A DNA stretch of 61,424 nucleotides, counting the filler. It is 7 parts of 7 records of this genome, joined end to end, with 100 filler letters (N's around TTAATTAATTAA, not from the genome) between each part and the next. Parts side by side here need not be neighbours in the genome. Positions count along the whole stretch, not along the records: positions 41,662 to 57,317 come from SRR7504441_737; positions 57,418 to 61,424 come from SRR7504441_738; 5 more parts are not named here. One strand, written 5' to 3'. The translations under genes and the position numbers were made by a program. Shown piece by piece: positions 46,706-61,374 of the stretch; within the stretch, counting starts at the first letter, position 1, and every line of letters starts with the position of its first letter. Under the pieces are notes generated by a model. The model was given only the letters and a program-made list of their open reading frames with translations, did not search any database and was not told the DNA's origin.

Positions 46706-48412
46706 CTAGAGCCAATCATGGCCAGGCTTGCGACGGCATTGCTGGTAAGAGGCATAAAGGCTGTCGAAATCATGGTCCTCAAGGAGCTTAGTCAATTGCG
46801 CTGCATAGTGATCCCAGCTGTATTTGCCGCTCTTGACATGGCCTATCATCAGCTGGGCATTCCACTCATTGTGCACCCCAACAGCCAGCACCTTTCTGAG
46901 TAACGCATCGACATGCGCGGGCAGCTCGTTTCCATGCGCATCGTCTACAATGCCGTCAGGTCCAACATATGACAGCACAAGCACCATGTCGGACTCCAGC
47001 AATCGCATTCCGCCAAAGCGCTGCTCGATCAGAGCCCCAGAACCATCCCACACAGATGCACGAATGCTCCTGAACTCCGAATAACCAAACAGCCGCCCCA
47101 GCTCCTTGCGGGCCAATACATGCAATTCGGACCGGAGTAGCCAGCTGCAGCATTCGACCGGCTGTGCCATTTCAAGAAGTATGGTCTGTGCCACAGCCAC
47201 GGGGAGGTTGAATCGGAGCCCAGCACTCGCGAGGAACGCGACCACTGCAGCGTGATTCAGCACGGGCACAGTCTTTCGGTGCAGGACCTGCCAGTGATAG
47301 AACTCCGGGGCGTATACTGCTAGCTCGCCCGGGTTCACGTCATGCTCCGCTGCCGTTTGCTGCACTATGCTTTTCTTCACCTTATGCCAGTATAACGAAT
47401 CATCAAGAATGTTACTCACATTCGTGCTTGTTGGGCTCGACTCCCACGAGAACTTCACCTCGGAAGGCCCCCAGCCCCACTGCAGATGGCTTTCTTCCGG
47501 ATGATCCCGGTGCCACCGCGCGTATCGTTGCATCGGCTCCGGCCACTGGTGGGCGACGCCGGCAGTGGCAGATCCATCTGTGAGCACAAGCGCTATCGGG
47601 TCCAGAAAGCCTGGCGGCGTGACCATCACGGGCGCTGCAGGCGGGGCTGGCAGGCAGGCATCGGGTCCGAGCACCCAATCGGCTACGGCCTGCAGGTACT
47701 GCCGCCCGGCCGCAGTCATTGCCAGCTTCGCCTTGACACAAAGCTCCGCGAAATAGGCTCTCAGCTGCGAGATCTCACATTCCTCGGACCGTGTGTCGGC
47801 ACTCGCCGCCATCTCAAGCATGCCAAGCCCGGCGTGGACCAGTGCCGCGTGGCAGGCTAGCCTGTACGGCCGCGCGCAGCCGCGGATGCAGCTGAGGGCC
47901 TGCACGTTCTGATCGGCGAACAGACCGTGCACCGCGTCCTCCAACGAGATGGCCGTGTGGATCACTTCGTGCATGATCTCCCGGGCTAGCGCGGCGGCCG
48001 GCAGGGTGCCATCGACGAAAATCACCCCGATCGCCCTGCCTGTCGACCCGAGGAACGCCCCTTCCGGCTCGATGCTGAGCACGGCCGCCACCAGCAACTC
48101 GGCCACCGTTGGGCAGATGGCCGGCTGAGTGGACTCCAGCCACTCCCAGGCGGCCTCGAACGCGCGGACCGCCGACGGGCTGATCGGTTGGCCGCCCCCG
48201 AGGGGGGCCGCGAACAGCAGGATGCCTGTGCGGTGCCGGACGCATGCTTGTTGGGCCGCAGGGGACGCGAGGCTGAGCCCGTGGAAGCCCGAGACAGCAC
48301 TGGCCAGTCGATGCTTTCGGTCTGCCCCAGCTGGTGCCGGGCCGCAAACTGCTGACACGAAGGTGTCTAGGTTGCGCTGGTTGCGCCCAGCATCCAATGG
48401 TGGGAAGGACAT
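46706..48412 (-). CDS. alphaKG-HExxH-type (RiPP peptide hydroxylase-like) domain fused to unknown C-terminal domain
   Basis: GSTGRAIGVIFV..LAREIMHEVIHTAISLEDAVHGLF..ALSCIRGCARPYRLACHAALV; intronless 568-aa ORF. Confidence 0.7.
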   Translation of the reverse strand: MSFPPLDAGRNQRNLDTFVSAVCGPAPAGADRKHRLASAVSGFHGLSLASPAAQQACVRHRTGILLFAAPLGGGQPISPSAVRAFEAAWEWLESTQPAICPTVAELLVAAVLSIEPEGAFLGSTGRAIGVIFVDGTLPAAALAREIMHEVIHTAISLEDAVHGLFADQNVQALSCIRGCARPYRLACHAALVHAGLGMLEMAASADTRSEECEISQLRAYFAELCVKAKLAMTAAGRQYLQAVADWVLGPDACLPAPPAAPVMVTPPGFLDPIALVLTDGSATAGVAHQWPEPMQRYARWHRDHPEESHLQWGWGPSEVKFSWESSPTSTNVSNILDDSLYWHKVKKSIVQQTAAEHDVNPGELAVYAPEFYHWQVLHRKTVPVLNHAAVVAFLASAGLRFNLPVAVAQTILLEMAQPVECCSWLLRSELHVLARKELGRLFGYSEFRSIRASVWDGSGALIEQRFGGMRLLESDMVLVLSYVGPDGIVDDAHGNELPAHVDALLRKVLAVGVHNEWNAQLMIGHVKSGKYSWDHYAAQLTKLLEDHDFDSLYASYQQCRRKPGHDWL

Positions 48413-48511
48413 CCACGAGCACTGCTGGCAGTGGCTGGCTGGCTCCTCCTGCAGCTGCAGCTGCCAGCTGCCGTGAGGAAAGTTCAGTTCGGTCGAATCA
48501 GCAATCTGGCA

Positions 48512-51500
48512 ATGCTGGCCTGGCTCGTTGCTGGATCGGTGCTCTCAATGGGCCAGGCCTCCGACGTCTCAGTCCTGCAGCTGCTGTACGCCGCCACCGC
48601 CGGCGCCCAATGGGCCGACAACACCGGCTGGGATCCGTCCGCCGTCAACCCGTGCGGCTACTTTGGCGTCACCTGCGTCGGGACCGAGGCCACGGAGCTG
48701 TCCCTGCCGCGCAACTCGTGACCCCCGCCCAGCCTTCCCAGCCACTCACTGGCGCCAGGCTGATCGGAACGCTGCCCGACGCGCTGATGAGCCTCACTAC
48801 GCTCACCAGCATAACTGTCTCGTCCAACCATCTCAGGCACGGCTCCTGCCCATGCCGCGACTGACCGGGCTTCCAGCGGCACGCTGCCCGCGGGACTCGG
48901 CTCGCTGACTCGGCTGACGGCGCTCAGGGCCCACAGCCAGCACCTCTCTGGTAGGCCGTGCCCTCAGTCTGCTGCTGAGCCGCTGGGCAGGCACCGTGCC
49001 GGTAGAATACAGCGGACTGACTGCGCTGTCCCGGCTGGTCCTTACGCTCAACGGGCTGAGCGGCACGCTGCCCGCCTCGCTGGTATCGCGTGTGGCGTGG
49101 GCGGTGTGCTGATCAGGGAGGCAGGGCTCGAACCAGCTTGAGGCATGGCTTAGCCGTACATCTCTGTCTGGGACTGTGGCGTCTGCTGAGTTTAAGTGGC
49201 TGATCCTGTCCAACACTCGGATAAGCGGGTCGCTGCCGCAGTATACGAGCTCGCTGTGCGCGCCATGTCCCGGCGATGCGGCCTCATGCTGTGTGTGGGC
49301 AGGGAGGTGTTGGTTGTTGCCTCATCGAGGATCAGCGGGTCCGTGCCCAGCCCTGCGTCGGCCAGCCAGTGCTCGAGCCTACAACAGCTACTCCTCGGGT
49401 GCATCTGACTTGTTGTGGCGTGAGATCGTGTGGCTTTCAGGAATAGTTACGTTGCGGGAAAGGTTCCGGAGCGACTGAGCCTGTGCACCAGTTTGAGTTG
49501 GCTGAGTAACTGCTTGGGATGGTCACCTGGGCTGACCTGAAGGACGCAGGCCTTGGAAGCACCTGGGTCACTGGGACCATTCCCAATTCATTCAACAGCT
49601 TGACTGCCTTGCAGTTATTATGGATGTTTGATTCGCGGATCGGAGGCGTTGCACCCGCTCTAGAAAGTACCCTGCTGACATCCGATGGCATGCTGCCTGT
49701 ACCGGACTACATGACAACTTACGATGAGACCCTTGAGCCAGCCAAGATGTACACGATGGTGTATCTCGCCAACATTGCCCTGATCAATCCGGTCAGCGTG
49801 ACGTCGGTGTTGTTTGGTGGCAGCAGCGACGATAAGCTAACAAATGCCGATCCCTACGGACACGAAGATTTCTGGTTCTCCTATCCACGGTTTGTCTCTC
49901 CCCTGACTATAGGATTAGCGCTCTGCGCGGTTTATACTCTCATTGCCGTTCTGCTGTTCATTCGGGTACGATACCCGGGGATCGGGTTCTGGAAAGCCTT
50001 GTACTATTCTACGCCATTTTGCATCGAATGGAAGGACATAAGCAGCAATACAGACGTTGACACTGCCAAAGACGCCATGTCTAAGTGCGAATAGTCCTTA
50101 GTTTGTCGTACTGATGGTGTGGTGCAGGACGCTGCTGCGCAAGATGGCTTGGTTTGAGTTATTCTTCGCTGTCTTTGCGACCGTACTCATCGTATTGTAC
50201 ATCTGTTCCAGCTACATATTCTGTACTCAATATTGGGACTTCGACGGGCCGTATGTTCTCAAGGCTAGCATGAGCAATGTGGTCGCCATATCGGGCTGCG
50301 ACTGCTTTTGTGCAAGGGATTTGGATTTGAAATACTTTTTCTGGACCACTAGTGATTGGGTCGCCATCAATATTCTGGCGCTACTGGCCTGTGCCTGGGG
50401 GTTGCTAGCTCAGCTCGCCATGCTGTGCTTATCTCATGACCCGGTTATGCTGTCGCTGACAAAGCTGCAAACGAGCCTAACTTTGTTGCCATACATGATT
50501 GACCCCGACGATCACGATACTAATGAGTACCTCAACTGTGGACAAGATCGGAACAAGACCTGGCAGCTGCTTGAAAACTGGATCCGAAATAGCGGCAAAG
50601 TCAACTGGGCGTATGCACACCGCGGGTTGACAACTGCGATGTGCTATTTCGTCTTGATCTTGATGGTTGCTTTGTTCTCTGTGCCCGAGGTGAGTATCAC
50701 ATCGGGCTAACTGTCTCAGGTGTTGCCAGGTGCTCTACGTCACTGGGACGCAAGTTGCTGAATCGGTAAGACCTTGCTGTAAACTAGTCCCCACTCACAT
50801 ACTGGGTGTCAGTGGAGTGAACCTGGTTCAGTCGACTACTGGGTATTTTGGGTGCTCGGCTATATCTTTGGCAACAGCGTTGTTCGCGGATTATTGATAT
50901 TCCTGCAGAACCAGGCGACGCATCCGTTGGTGTACTGGCTAGTCTCCAAGGCACACGCGAGAACAGAGGAGGTGCTCATATCACCAACGAACTGCTCTGC
51001 AGCAGGGCGAGCCAGAGCGAGGAGGATCCGCCAGACCACCTTCCAGCTGGTCTTGGTCTTTGAGCTGTTCTTAATGGTTGTTGTGAGCAGCGTCACTTTT
51101 GCAGCTCTGAGCCCGGTGAGATCCAGTTTCAGCTAGTCCGCGCGCATTCATGTCTGTTGGGTGTCCAGGCATGTGCTGGACTCGTTTTCCACCTCCAACC
51201 AAGTAGGCAGCTCAACTTGAATTGCCATAACCCGATCTATTAGGTCTGGAAAGCACTCTTGATAGGTTCGATTCTCTAACTGCCAGGGATTTGGGCACTT
51301 GCTCTAGGTATCTGCCCACCCTGCTGTTCCTTGTCATGGCTGTATGGCAGAGAGATCACAGCGACCTACTCGATGGCATGGACCACCAGCATCTTGATTG
51401 AGACCTTCTTGAACCCTCTCCGTCGAATGGACCAAACGCGAAGGCAGGCCGTTTGGTCATGCTTATGCTCCTTCGTCACGTGTTGGTGTAAGAAGCAGGA

Positions 51501-52236
51501 TAGCACACACAATCAGGAAGACTGTTCAGCTGATGACTGCCATGATGCAGAGAAGAGAGGACCTGAGAGTGAAAACATTGACAAAATCGTGTGTGGCGAT
51601 CACGTTCTGCTTTATAAGCTTTTCATCTTCCAAGCCACGTTGGGCTTTCTGATACCGCACATAGCGCTTGTTGTCGCTGTGTGCCTCGCATTTTTGATGG
51701 CGCAGTACAAGCATTGCTTTGATGCGGTGCTTCTTGAACCCGATAGTGTGCTGGTTGCGCCCCAGGCCCCTCTTCAAGGATGCATCTGTGTATTCTACAT
51801 CCTAGTGATGTTGTGCTGGATCGATTCAGAGTTTGGTTCATTTGTCGTGCTGCTTTGCGTGAGCTGTGCCTCACTCGGTGCATTCTACTTCGTCATGAAC
51901 TCAAAGTCTTGCCAACGTTTTCGCAGTGCGACGTTTCAGTGGCTCTGTCCTGCTATCAGCTGCACGTATGATTGTGCTGTCCCGGAGTTGGGGTCGCAAC
52001 TAACTCAAAGTCTTGCCGGCACGCCATATTTGGAACCTTTGACCTCTGCCAAGGACCAGCTTTCACCACCGCAAAATACTCAAATCGGTCAACCTACCAG
52101 TGATTTCGAGCCGGCGCAGGCGGCTCCTCCCGAAGCATTGTTCGCACCGGAAGAGGATATGCCCCATCTAGTTGAACTTGACGTAATCCTAAGCGCTAAT
52201 GATGGTGGGCACGCCTGCTCTTGTTTCAATGAATGA
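48512..52236 (+). CDS. LRR ectodomain + multi-pass transmembrane protein (many introns)
   Basis: Signal peptide; N-cap LYAATAGAQWADNTGW..NPCGYFGVTC; LRR exons (GTLPD, SGTLP, TGTIPN); many hydrophobic helices at 49900-51900. Confidence 0.65.
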
Positions 52237-52522
52237 TGCACGTGCATTGAATCTAATCATACGAGTAAATCTACCGGCTCACTATTGTAGTACTGTATAA
52301 CGATAATCATGAATTTGTGCGGACTATTCATTGACTAATCGTATAATCTACTCGTAATTGTTCAAATACATGTCGTCGATCGATGACTAAGTGATGACAT
52401 GTCAGAATCGTGAATTGTTTGTACTATGTTTGTACTCGACGCGGAAGCATCCTTCGCTTCGATGCTATAGTCCGTACTCTAATCGTGTTGCAGCTATGAG
52501 CTGAAGCCGGCGTATACTTGTC

Positions 52523-53101
52523 TCAGAGCTCCCACTTCCCGTTCGGCGGCGCTGGGGCGCCCCACCCATCGTCTTCCTCGCTTGTCCACCCCACCGTGGG
52601 CGGCCGGGCGGGCCCGGCCTGTTCAAACGGCTTGATGTCGGCCAGCTTGGGCGCAGGACGCCAGCGCTGGCCGGCATCGCTGGACACCGTCCCCTGGGGG
52701 CTGGCCGGCTGTTTGGGCTCGGCGGCCCCGAGCTTGCCCTCTCGTGCGGCGGCCATCTCCGGGGGCTTGTCCCAGGTGCTTTCCTTGGTGACCAGGTTGT
52801 AGTAGTATTGCTTGCCCGACTTTTCGTCAGTCGCCTCGCGCCACTGGCCGACCGATCAGAACCCGGCCTCGCCCGCCCGGCGCACCGGCTGGGCGGAGCA
52901 CTCCCTCTGCCAAGCGTTGGCGGTCTCCCCGCAGTCGCTGAGCTTCATCCCAAGCGTAGTGACTCCATAAACCAGCATGATGTTCGTGGCGAGCAGCACC
53001 ATCGCCACCATCGGCCACGGACGCTCCCACAACCTGCGCTCAGGCACGACCGGCCTCGCGGCTGCCGCCCGGGGGTGATGCCGCCTAGCGTCGCGCGGCA
53101 T
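52523..53101 (-). CDS. Single-TM protein with WW domain
   Basis: TM PMVAMVLLATNIMLVYGV; after one intron, WREATDEKSGKQYYYNLVTKESTWDKP. Confidence 0.8.
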
Positions 53102-53163
53102 TATCGCAACACTGATGAGCCCAACCGTCGACCCTAGCAGGCAGTGCAGGCTGATCGAGTGTG

Positions 53164-54045
53164 ATGCGACGACTGGTGCTCGCCGCCGGGCGGGTGTGCC
53201 GTCGGGCGGCTCCGGCGGTGAGCGGAGCTCGCCGTGGCTGGCTGGGTGCTGTGGGGGGCGGGCTGGCTGTGGGGGTGGGACTGGCGGCCGGGAGCGGGCG
53301 CGAGGCGCTGGTGGAGGCGTACGTGGATCAACTGATGGAGGACGAGCACCTGTACAAGCTGAGCGTGCTCGGCTACTCGCGCCCGCTCTGGCTGGAGCGG
53401 CCGATGTTCAGGCTGATTGTGGGCGAGCTGGCCGAGCTCTTCGCGAGCACGGTGCAGGGCTGGAACCGGCAGCCGGCTGGGCTGTTCGGACATCCGATCG
53501 TGCACGAGCTAAGTCCGACCGGCGGGCTGCGGCACCACCCGATCGCGGAGGGCGAGATGGTCATGTACGAGGTGATGGCTGAGCAGCTGGCGGGAGACCC
53601 GCGGGTGTGTACTGGCATCTACCCGCACGGTCTGGAGGTGGTTGCTATAGAGAACACGCTCAGGGTGATGAGTGTGGTCTTCAAAGACTTCCTGCTCTCT
53701 TCACGAGTGGAGGTCATGGGCGGGGCGCTCAAAATGGACTGGCGGCTCGACCCAGCGCGCGAGCAAGCCGCTTCGACGGCGCTCGCAGCCGACTCAACGA
53801 GGATTCGTGCGGTGGTCGCGCAGGCGCTTGAGACGGTGGATTTTGAGGCGGTCGACCGGGAGGCGGACCGGATGCTCCGGGGGGCTGGGCCGCTAGTGGC
53901 GAGCATTCCGGGGATGCACGGGCACCTGGCGCAGGCGGTGGCGCTCGCGCTGGTGTTCTTTCAGCTTGGAAGGTTGCTGGAGCATAATGAGGCATCCTGT
54001 GCGGGCACTCGGGTGGAAATGGTGATGCAAAAGCCGCCGGCTTGA
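53164..54045 (+). CDS. Hypothetical protein, probably mitochondrion-targeted
   Basis: Intronless ORF; Arg/Ala-rich presequence-like N-terminus followed by a Gly-rich hydrophobic segment. Confidence 0.65.
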   Translation: MRRLVLAAGRVCRRAAPAVSGARRGWLGAVGGGLAVGVGLAAGSGREALVEAYVDQLMEDEHLYKLSVLGYSRPLWLERPMFRLIVGELAELFASTVQGWNRQPAGLFGHPIVHELSPTGGLRHHPIAEGEMVMYEVMAEQLAGDPRVCTGIYPHGLEVVAIENTLRVMSVVFKDFLLSSRVEVMGGALKMDWRLDPAREQAASTALAADSTRIRAVVAQALETVDFEAVDREADRMLRGAGPLVASIPGMHGHLAQAVALALVFFQLGRLLEHNEASCAGTRVEMVMQKPPA

Positions 54046-54398
54046 TTAGAGACGCTTGGGTTATACTCGAAATCATACCGAGTAAATGCAGAATTAGATA
54101 TCGTATCACTTACGTATCACTTGTTCGCCTACATTGTCGACATTGTTCGTATGTTCGCGATCACTTTGGCCAGACAAGCTTCCAAATCATTTGGACGACC
54201 CGCCGGTGTAGTGCGCCTGTCTCGCGGTACATTATAGAATAGCTTACCTATGGAGGAGGTTATGCAACCAAAAAAAGTGCCCTTAATTTTGTGAAATAAG
54301 GCGGTCTAAAGGCGGTCACCACCGACGCCGCGTGCTGTGCCGTTGCTCAGAACGCTCGCAGCTCGACGCGGAGTGGCCGGGGCACCACCTTGGGCGCG

Positions 54399-55969
54399 AT
54401 GGCGCAGCTGCGGAGCATCCCGGACCTGCTCAACGGAATCTCCGGGGCGCTCATGTCGTACAACGGCCAGGGGCTCACCCAGTTGCTCGACCGGCACCAG
54501 CTGGCCCGCGTGGTCTCGTTCGTCCCCCGGCCGGTGCCGGCCGGCTGCCCGCAGGCCCAGCGCCTGGCAGGAGGCCCAGCTGGACTTCCTGTGCTCCAAC
54601 AAGCTGCCCCCGCCGTTCGACGAGGTCACTGCCGCGGCTGTGCGGGTGGCCATCTTCTCACGGGACGACAAGCTGGTTGAGGCCTACGGGAGCCAGAGCC
54701 AGGCCCTCAAGTCAGCCTGCGGGCCGGCCCAGGGGCGATCCGGCAGGGCAGCGTGTTCGTCAAAGCGTTCAAGGAGATGGAGTCCAACCTGCTGCTCCCG
54801 GTGCTTCACCGAATGGCTCGCGACTTACGCTGCCTGGCCGTGCTGGTGCCGCGCCCGGCCCGCTGCGCCGCAAGCCTGCTAGGCGGACCGCGTACTGGTC
54901 AAGGCCGGCAAGAAGCCGGAGAAGGTGGATGACGCCGGCCGGGTGATGATGAACTGTTTCTCGGGTGCCCGGCCGGCCTGGGAACGGCTGAGCCAGTGTG
55001 CAATAACAGTGTGCAACAACGACCGGGTCGCGCTGGAAATGAACAAAAAGTGGGGCACGCTCGGGGTAGTCAACCAGCTGCTCCGGCTCTACTTCCAGGC
55101 AGATCTCACAATCTATTTTTAGGCTAATCGGGCGGATCAGAACAACCAATTGCACATGTGCAAGCCGCTGCTGCGTTCGATAGAAATGATGCAGCCAGTC
55201 GTGCCGTTTGAGCAGCTTCCGGTCGGGCAGCAAGTGACCTACAACTACTTCTGCGGCCGGCTGGCCCTGCTGGACGACGACTACCCCAAGGCTGAGCAGC
55301 TGCTGGACTTCTGCCTTGCCAGGCACCGGCTCCTCCGCACCTGAATGAGTCCAATCTTGGCAGGTGCCGAATGTCAGCCACGCAGAACCGGCGGTGGGCT
55401 CCGCAGCCGGGCCGGGCTGAGTGTGCTCAGGCGGATACTCATAAATCTGATCCCTGTCAAATTGCTGCTTGGCCGACCGCCCACAAACGCGCTGCTGGAC
55501 AAGTACAACTTGAGTGAGCAATTTGCGGACGTGGCGCGTGCCGTGCGCGAGGCGAGCTTGCCGTTGCTCACCAAGGGGCTCGAGGAGCACGAGGATTTCT
55601 TTATCGACCACTCGGTGTATCTTGTGCTCGAGAAACTCAAGAATGTGATTTTCCGCAACTTGTGCAAGAGAGTGTACCGGCTTCCGGGCCGGGCCGGGCC
55701 GAGCCCCGGGGACAGGGCAATGTCGGTGGCGCCGGAGACTAAGATACCACTCGATCTGTTCCAGGTGGCTGTATTGGGCTAGCGGGCGGCTGAGCGCAAG
55801 GCGGCAGAGGGCGCTGGCAATTCAAGGCTCAGAGGTGGAGCTGGACGAGATCGAGTGCGTGCTGGCAAACCTGATCCACGCCGGGATGATCAAGGGGTAC
55901 ATATCGCACCAGCACCGCAAGCTGGTCGTGTCGAAAGGGGTCGCCTTCCCGCCACTACGGAAGAGTTGA
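54399..55969 (+). CDS. PCID2: PCI domain-containing protein 2 (PCID2/THP1/CSN12 family, TREX-2 subunit)
   Basis: [86 protein letters not shown]. About seven short introns, including GC-AG 55099-55140 and 55323-55363. Confidence 0.92.
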
Positions 55970-56186
55970 GTCTCACGAGCACGTGATCCGTGTGAGCGCA
56001 TCATCAATACGAGTGCATTCTTGACAAACCAAGTCGATCGCTAAATGGCTGCGCATGAACTAATGAAAATATTTATGCACAAACGAGGCACACCACCACT
56101 TGTTCTACGTACAAGTTTATATTTGTGCGTTTTTTTATTTTTACTACTTGCTAAAGCTGCCCGATTGGCCCATCCACGGTGCGAAC

Positions 56187-57107
56187 TTAGAGCGCCTTGG
56201 TGTGCTGCACGCCGTACTCGGTGGCCAGCGTCTGCTGCGACTTCTCCTTGAGCGCCGCCTCCCGCTTCTGTTGCTGGTAGATAGCCTCCTGTGCTCTGTA
56301 GTTCTCACGGATGTCTTGCGTGGACATCACATGGTAGTCAGAAACCTCGGCCTTGCACTCGGTGTACGGCACGCCCGGGGCCCCGGCCAGGTCCGGCAGG
56401 CCCATCTTGGCCTCACGGGTCGCGAGCAATTGGCAGTCGGGGTCTCCTAGGTCGGCATGATGGTCGCCCGCAGTTGAGGCGCCGCCATATCGGATGAACT
56501 GACCGAGATCGTCCACTGTGGGGCTCGGGTTGGTGGTGAAGAACGAGATCCAGTCGGCGTAGTTGACGTCGCCCTCGGTGACGCCTTGGAACATCATGTC
56601 CACTTGTTCCGGCTTTAGCCCGATTTTGAGGTACAGGGCGCCCCGCATGTCGGCAACGGTCACGAACCCGGTGGAATAGCCGTCGAGGAGCGAGAGCGAC
56701 GAGAGCAGGTGGGTGGCCCCCTCAATCACAACCCGCTGGATTTCCTCCCACGGCTGGCTCGGGTGGGCTTGCGGTTGACCCTGGCTCCTAAAGGAGGAGT
56801 CGGCGGGCTGGTACAAGTTGAGGTAGTCCACGATCCAAGCATCATACCCCACGAAACCGCCCTTGCGTGGGGCCTCCTCCAGGATCAGGTTGATCTCGGA
56901 GTATGAGATGCCGCCCTCCAAGTATAGGACCTTCTTAAAGTCTTTCTCGCTGACTAGCCCGGTGCACCGCGGGTCGACTGACGCCAAGCCCCGCCGGATG
57001 TCGTCAAGCTTGTCGAGCACCGCACCGCTCAGTCCGCCCGCCTGGTTGCCATTGTGCCGAGAGGCGTTCGGGCCGTGCCGGGGGATGTCCACGATGCCAG
57101 TAACCAT
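56187..57107 (-). CDS. EF-hand domain protein
   Basis: VDPRCTGLVSEKDF; LDGYSTGFVTVADM; GDVNYADWI. Confidence 0.75.
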   Translation of the reverse strand: MVTGIVDIPRHGPNASRHNGNQAGGLSGAVLDKLDDIRRGLASVDPRCTGLVSEKDFKKVLYLEGGISYSEINLILEEAPRKGGFVGYDAWIVDYLNLYQPADSSFRSQGQPQAHPSQPWEEIQRVVIEGATHLLSSLSLLDGYSTGFVTVADMRGALYLKIGLKPEQVDMMFQGVTEGDVNYADWISFFTTNPSPTVDDLGQFIRYGGASTAGDHHADLGDPDCQLLATREAKMGLPDLAGAPGVPYTECKAEVSDYHVMSTQDIRENYRAQEAIYQQQKREAALKEKSQQTLATEYGVQHTKAL

Positions 57108-57207
57108 GGCTCGAGCCGCACAACTGACACTCTGGAAAAAAAAATCGGGAGAATGTCATGCGGATGATCCGTGAACGTGGCTGCATCTCGGCGTGCCGCA
57201 GGTTGTG

Positions 57208-57317
57208 ATGGCTGTCAATGCAGGCGTGCCGCGCGAGGTTGCGATGTCGATTGAGGCAGCGCTAGGCGAGCTGACAGCGCCGCTGAGCGACCAGCCCCAG
57301 CTGCCTGCGGAACCCGA
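57208..57317 (+). CDS. Probable 5' fragment of a gene divergent from the EF-hand gene
   Basis: MAVNAGVPREVAMSIEAALGEL.. is open to the contig edge and fits the head-to-head pattern. Confidence 0.3.
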
Positions 57318-57417
57318 NNNNNNNNNNNNNNNNNNNNNNNNNNNNNNNNNNNNNNNNNNNNTTAATTAATTAANNNNNNNNNNNNNNNNNNNNNNNNNNN
57401 NNNNNNNNNNNNNNNNN
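57318..57417. other. Artificial contig-joining linker
   Basis: N-run + TTAATTAATTAA + N-run. Confidence 0.98.
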
Positions 57418-58092
57418 AAGGTCAAGGAATTTGTGAGTGAAAGCTTCACAGTGATAGAGTCCGCCAGCGATGAGTTGGCACGAATCTTTGAGCAATATGC
57501 TGATACTTATGACTATTATGGTGAGGATACGTCAATTGTAGGGGCTATTCCCGGCAAGATCCAGTGCATGCTAGCTGAGGGCAGATTGGTGGAGGGCATC
57601 GAAGGTTATAATGGAAGGGTGTCTAACTTCTTTGACACGATTGTCAAGTTTATTGCATTGTACAAGAAGGCAGTCGAGGATAACAAACAGAAGGAGCGAG
57701 CCATGAATGCCAGAAAAGCACGGGGTGAAAAGCAGAAGGGCGCCAAGAGTAAGCTCACCAAGAAGTCTGCAGCTCCTGCTGATGGTCCCAGCAGTATAGC
57801 TGAGGAAGTGGCTAGGAAGGCACAGACAAAAGCAGCAAAGGCTCGTCCAGAAGCAAATTTAGAACCAGCTCCGCCCGCAGCTCCACCCCCGGCTCTAACT
57901 CCAGCCCCACCGCAGGCTGCGAGTGGACCGAAGGAAGAGAGTCTTCCTGACCTCACGGCTGTAAAGCCACCTGCAGCCGAGGAACCCAAAGCAGCAGGCA
58001 AAAGCAAAAGTGCGCTGCAGCAGCAAATTGCGATGAAGGCTGCCTTGAAGCTGAAGCAGATGAAAGCTGCAAAAGCTGCCGCCGCCAAGTAG
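57418..58092 (+). CDS. Formin-like protein C-terminus (end of FH2 domain + Pro/Lys-rich tail); 5' truncated
   Basis: FEQYADTYDYYGED..FFDTIVKFIALYKKAVEDNKQKE resembles the end of an FH2 domain. Confidence 0.6.
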   Translation, partial: KVKEFVSESFTVIESASDELARIFEQYADTYDYYGEDTSIVGAIPGKIQCMLAEGRLVEGIEGYNGRVSNFFDTIVKFIALYKKAVEDNKQKERAMNARKARGEKQKGAKSKLTKKSAAPADGPSSIAEEVARKAQTKAAKARPEANLEPAPPAAPPPALTPAPPQAASGPKEESLPDLTAVKPPAAEEPKAAGKSKSALQQQIAMKAALKLKQMKAAKAAAAK

Positions 58093-58474
58093 CAGCTGGT
58101 AGATTCATCTAGCCTCAGTCTCATGGCTGTCTTCCATCATAGTTTGTTAGATCTCCACAAAAAGGCCTACACATTTGAGAACGCTTAGAATTATTATGGT
58201 AAACACATTAATTTTCTAGATCCATTATATCCGTATTAGATCCGTGGACCGTGTTGGTATTCGCATTATATTCGCATTGTGTTCTGGCGGTATACATGGC
58301 TTTACTTTACTAGGTACTGACTAGGAGGTTAGTACAATGCTCAAGGTGCAACCATCGTACAGCCATTGATCCTAATTGTCAGCAGACGCCACTCATGGGC
58401 ATGCGCTACTTGCATTGCTATGATTGGCACCATGGGTGGTATATCTGCACAACTAGAGCCTACCGGCATCACGC

Positions 58475-61374
<2,900 letters not shown>

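Noticed and set aside
47940-47990. HEVIH as a zinc metalloprotease site
   Set aside because: There is no signal peptide or typical zincin third-ligand/Met-turn context, and the flanking R..RP..HA motif fits alphaKG-HExxH better. A protease is not fully excluded.
39411-48412. Apparent cluster of DEMETER-like, methyltransferase and HExxH genes
   Set aside because: A linker at 41562-41661 separates the DEMETER-like gene from the others, so their adjacency is not biological.
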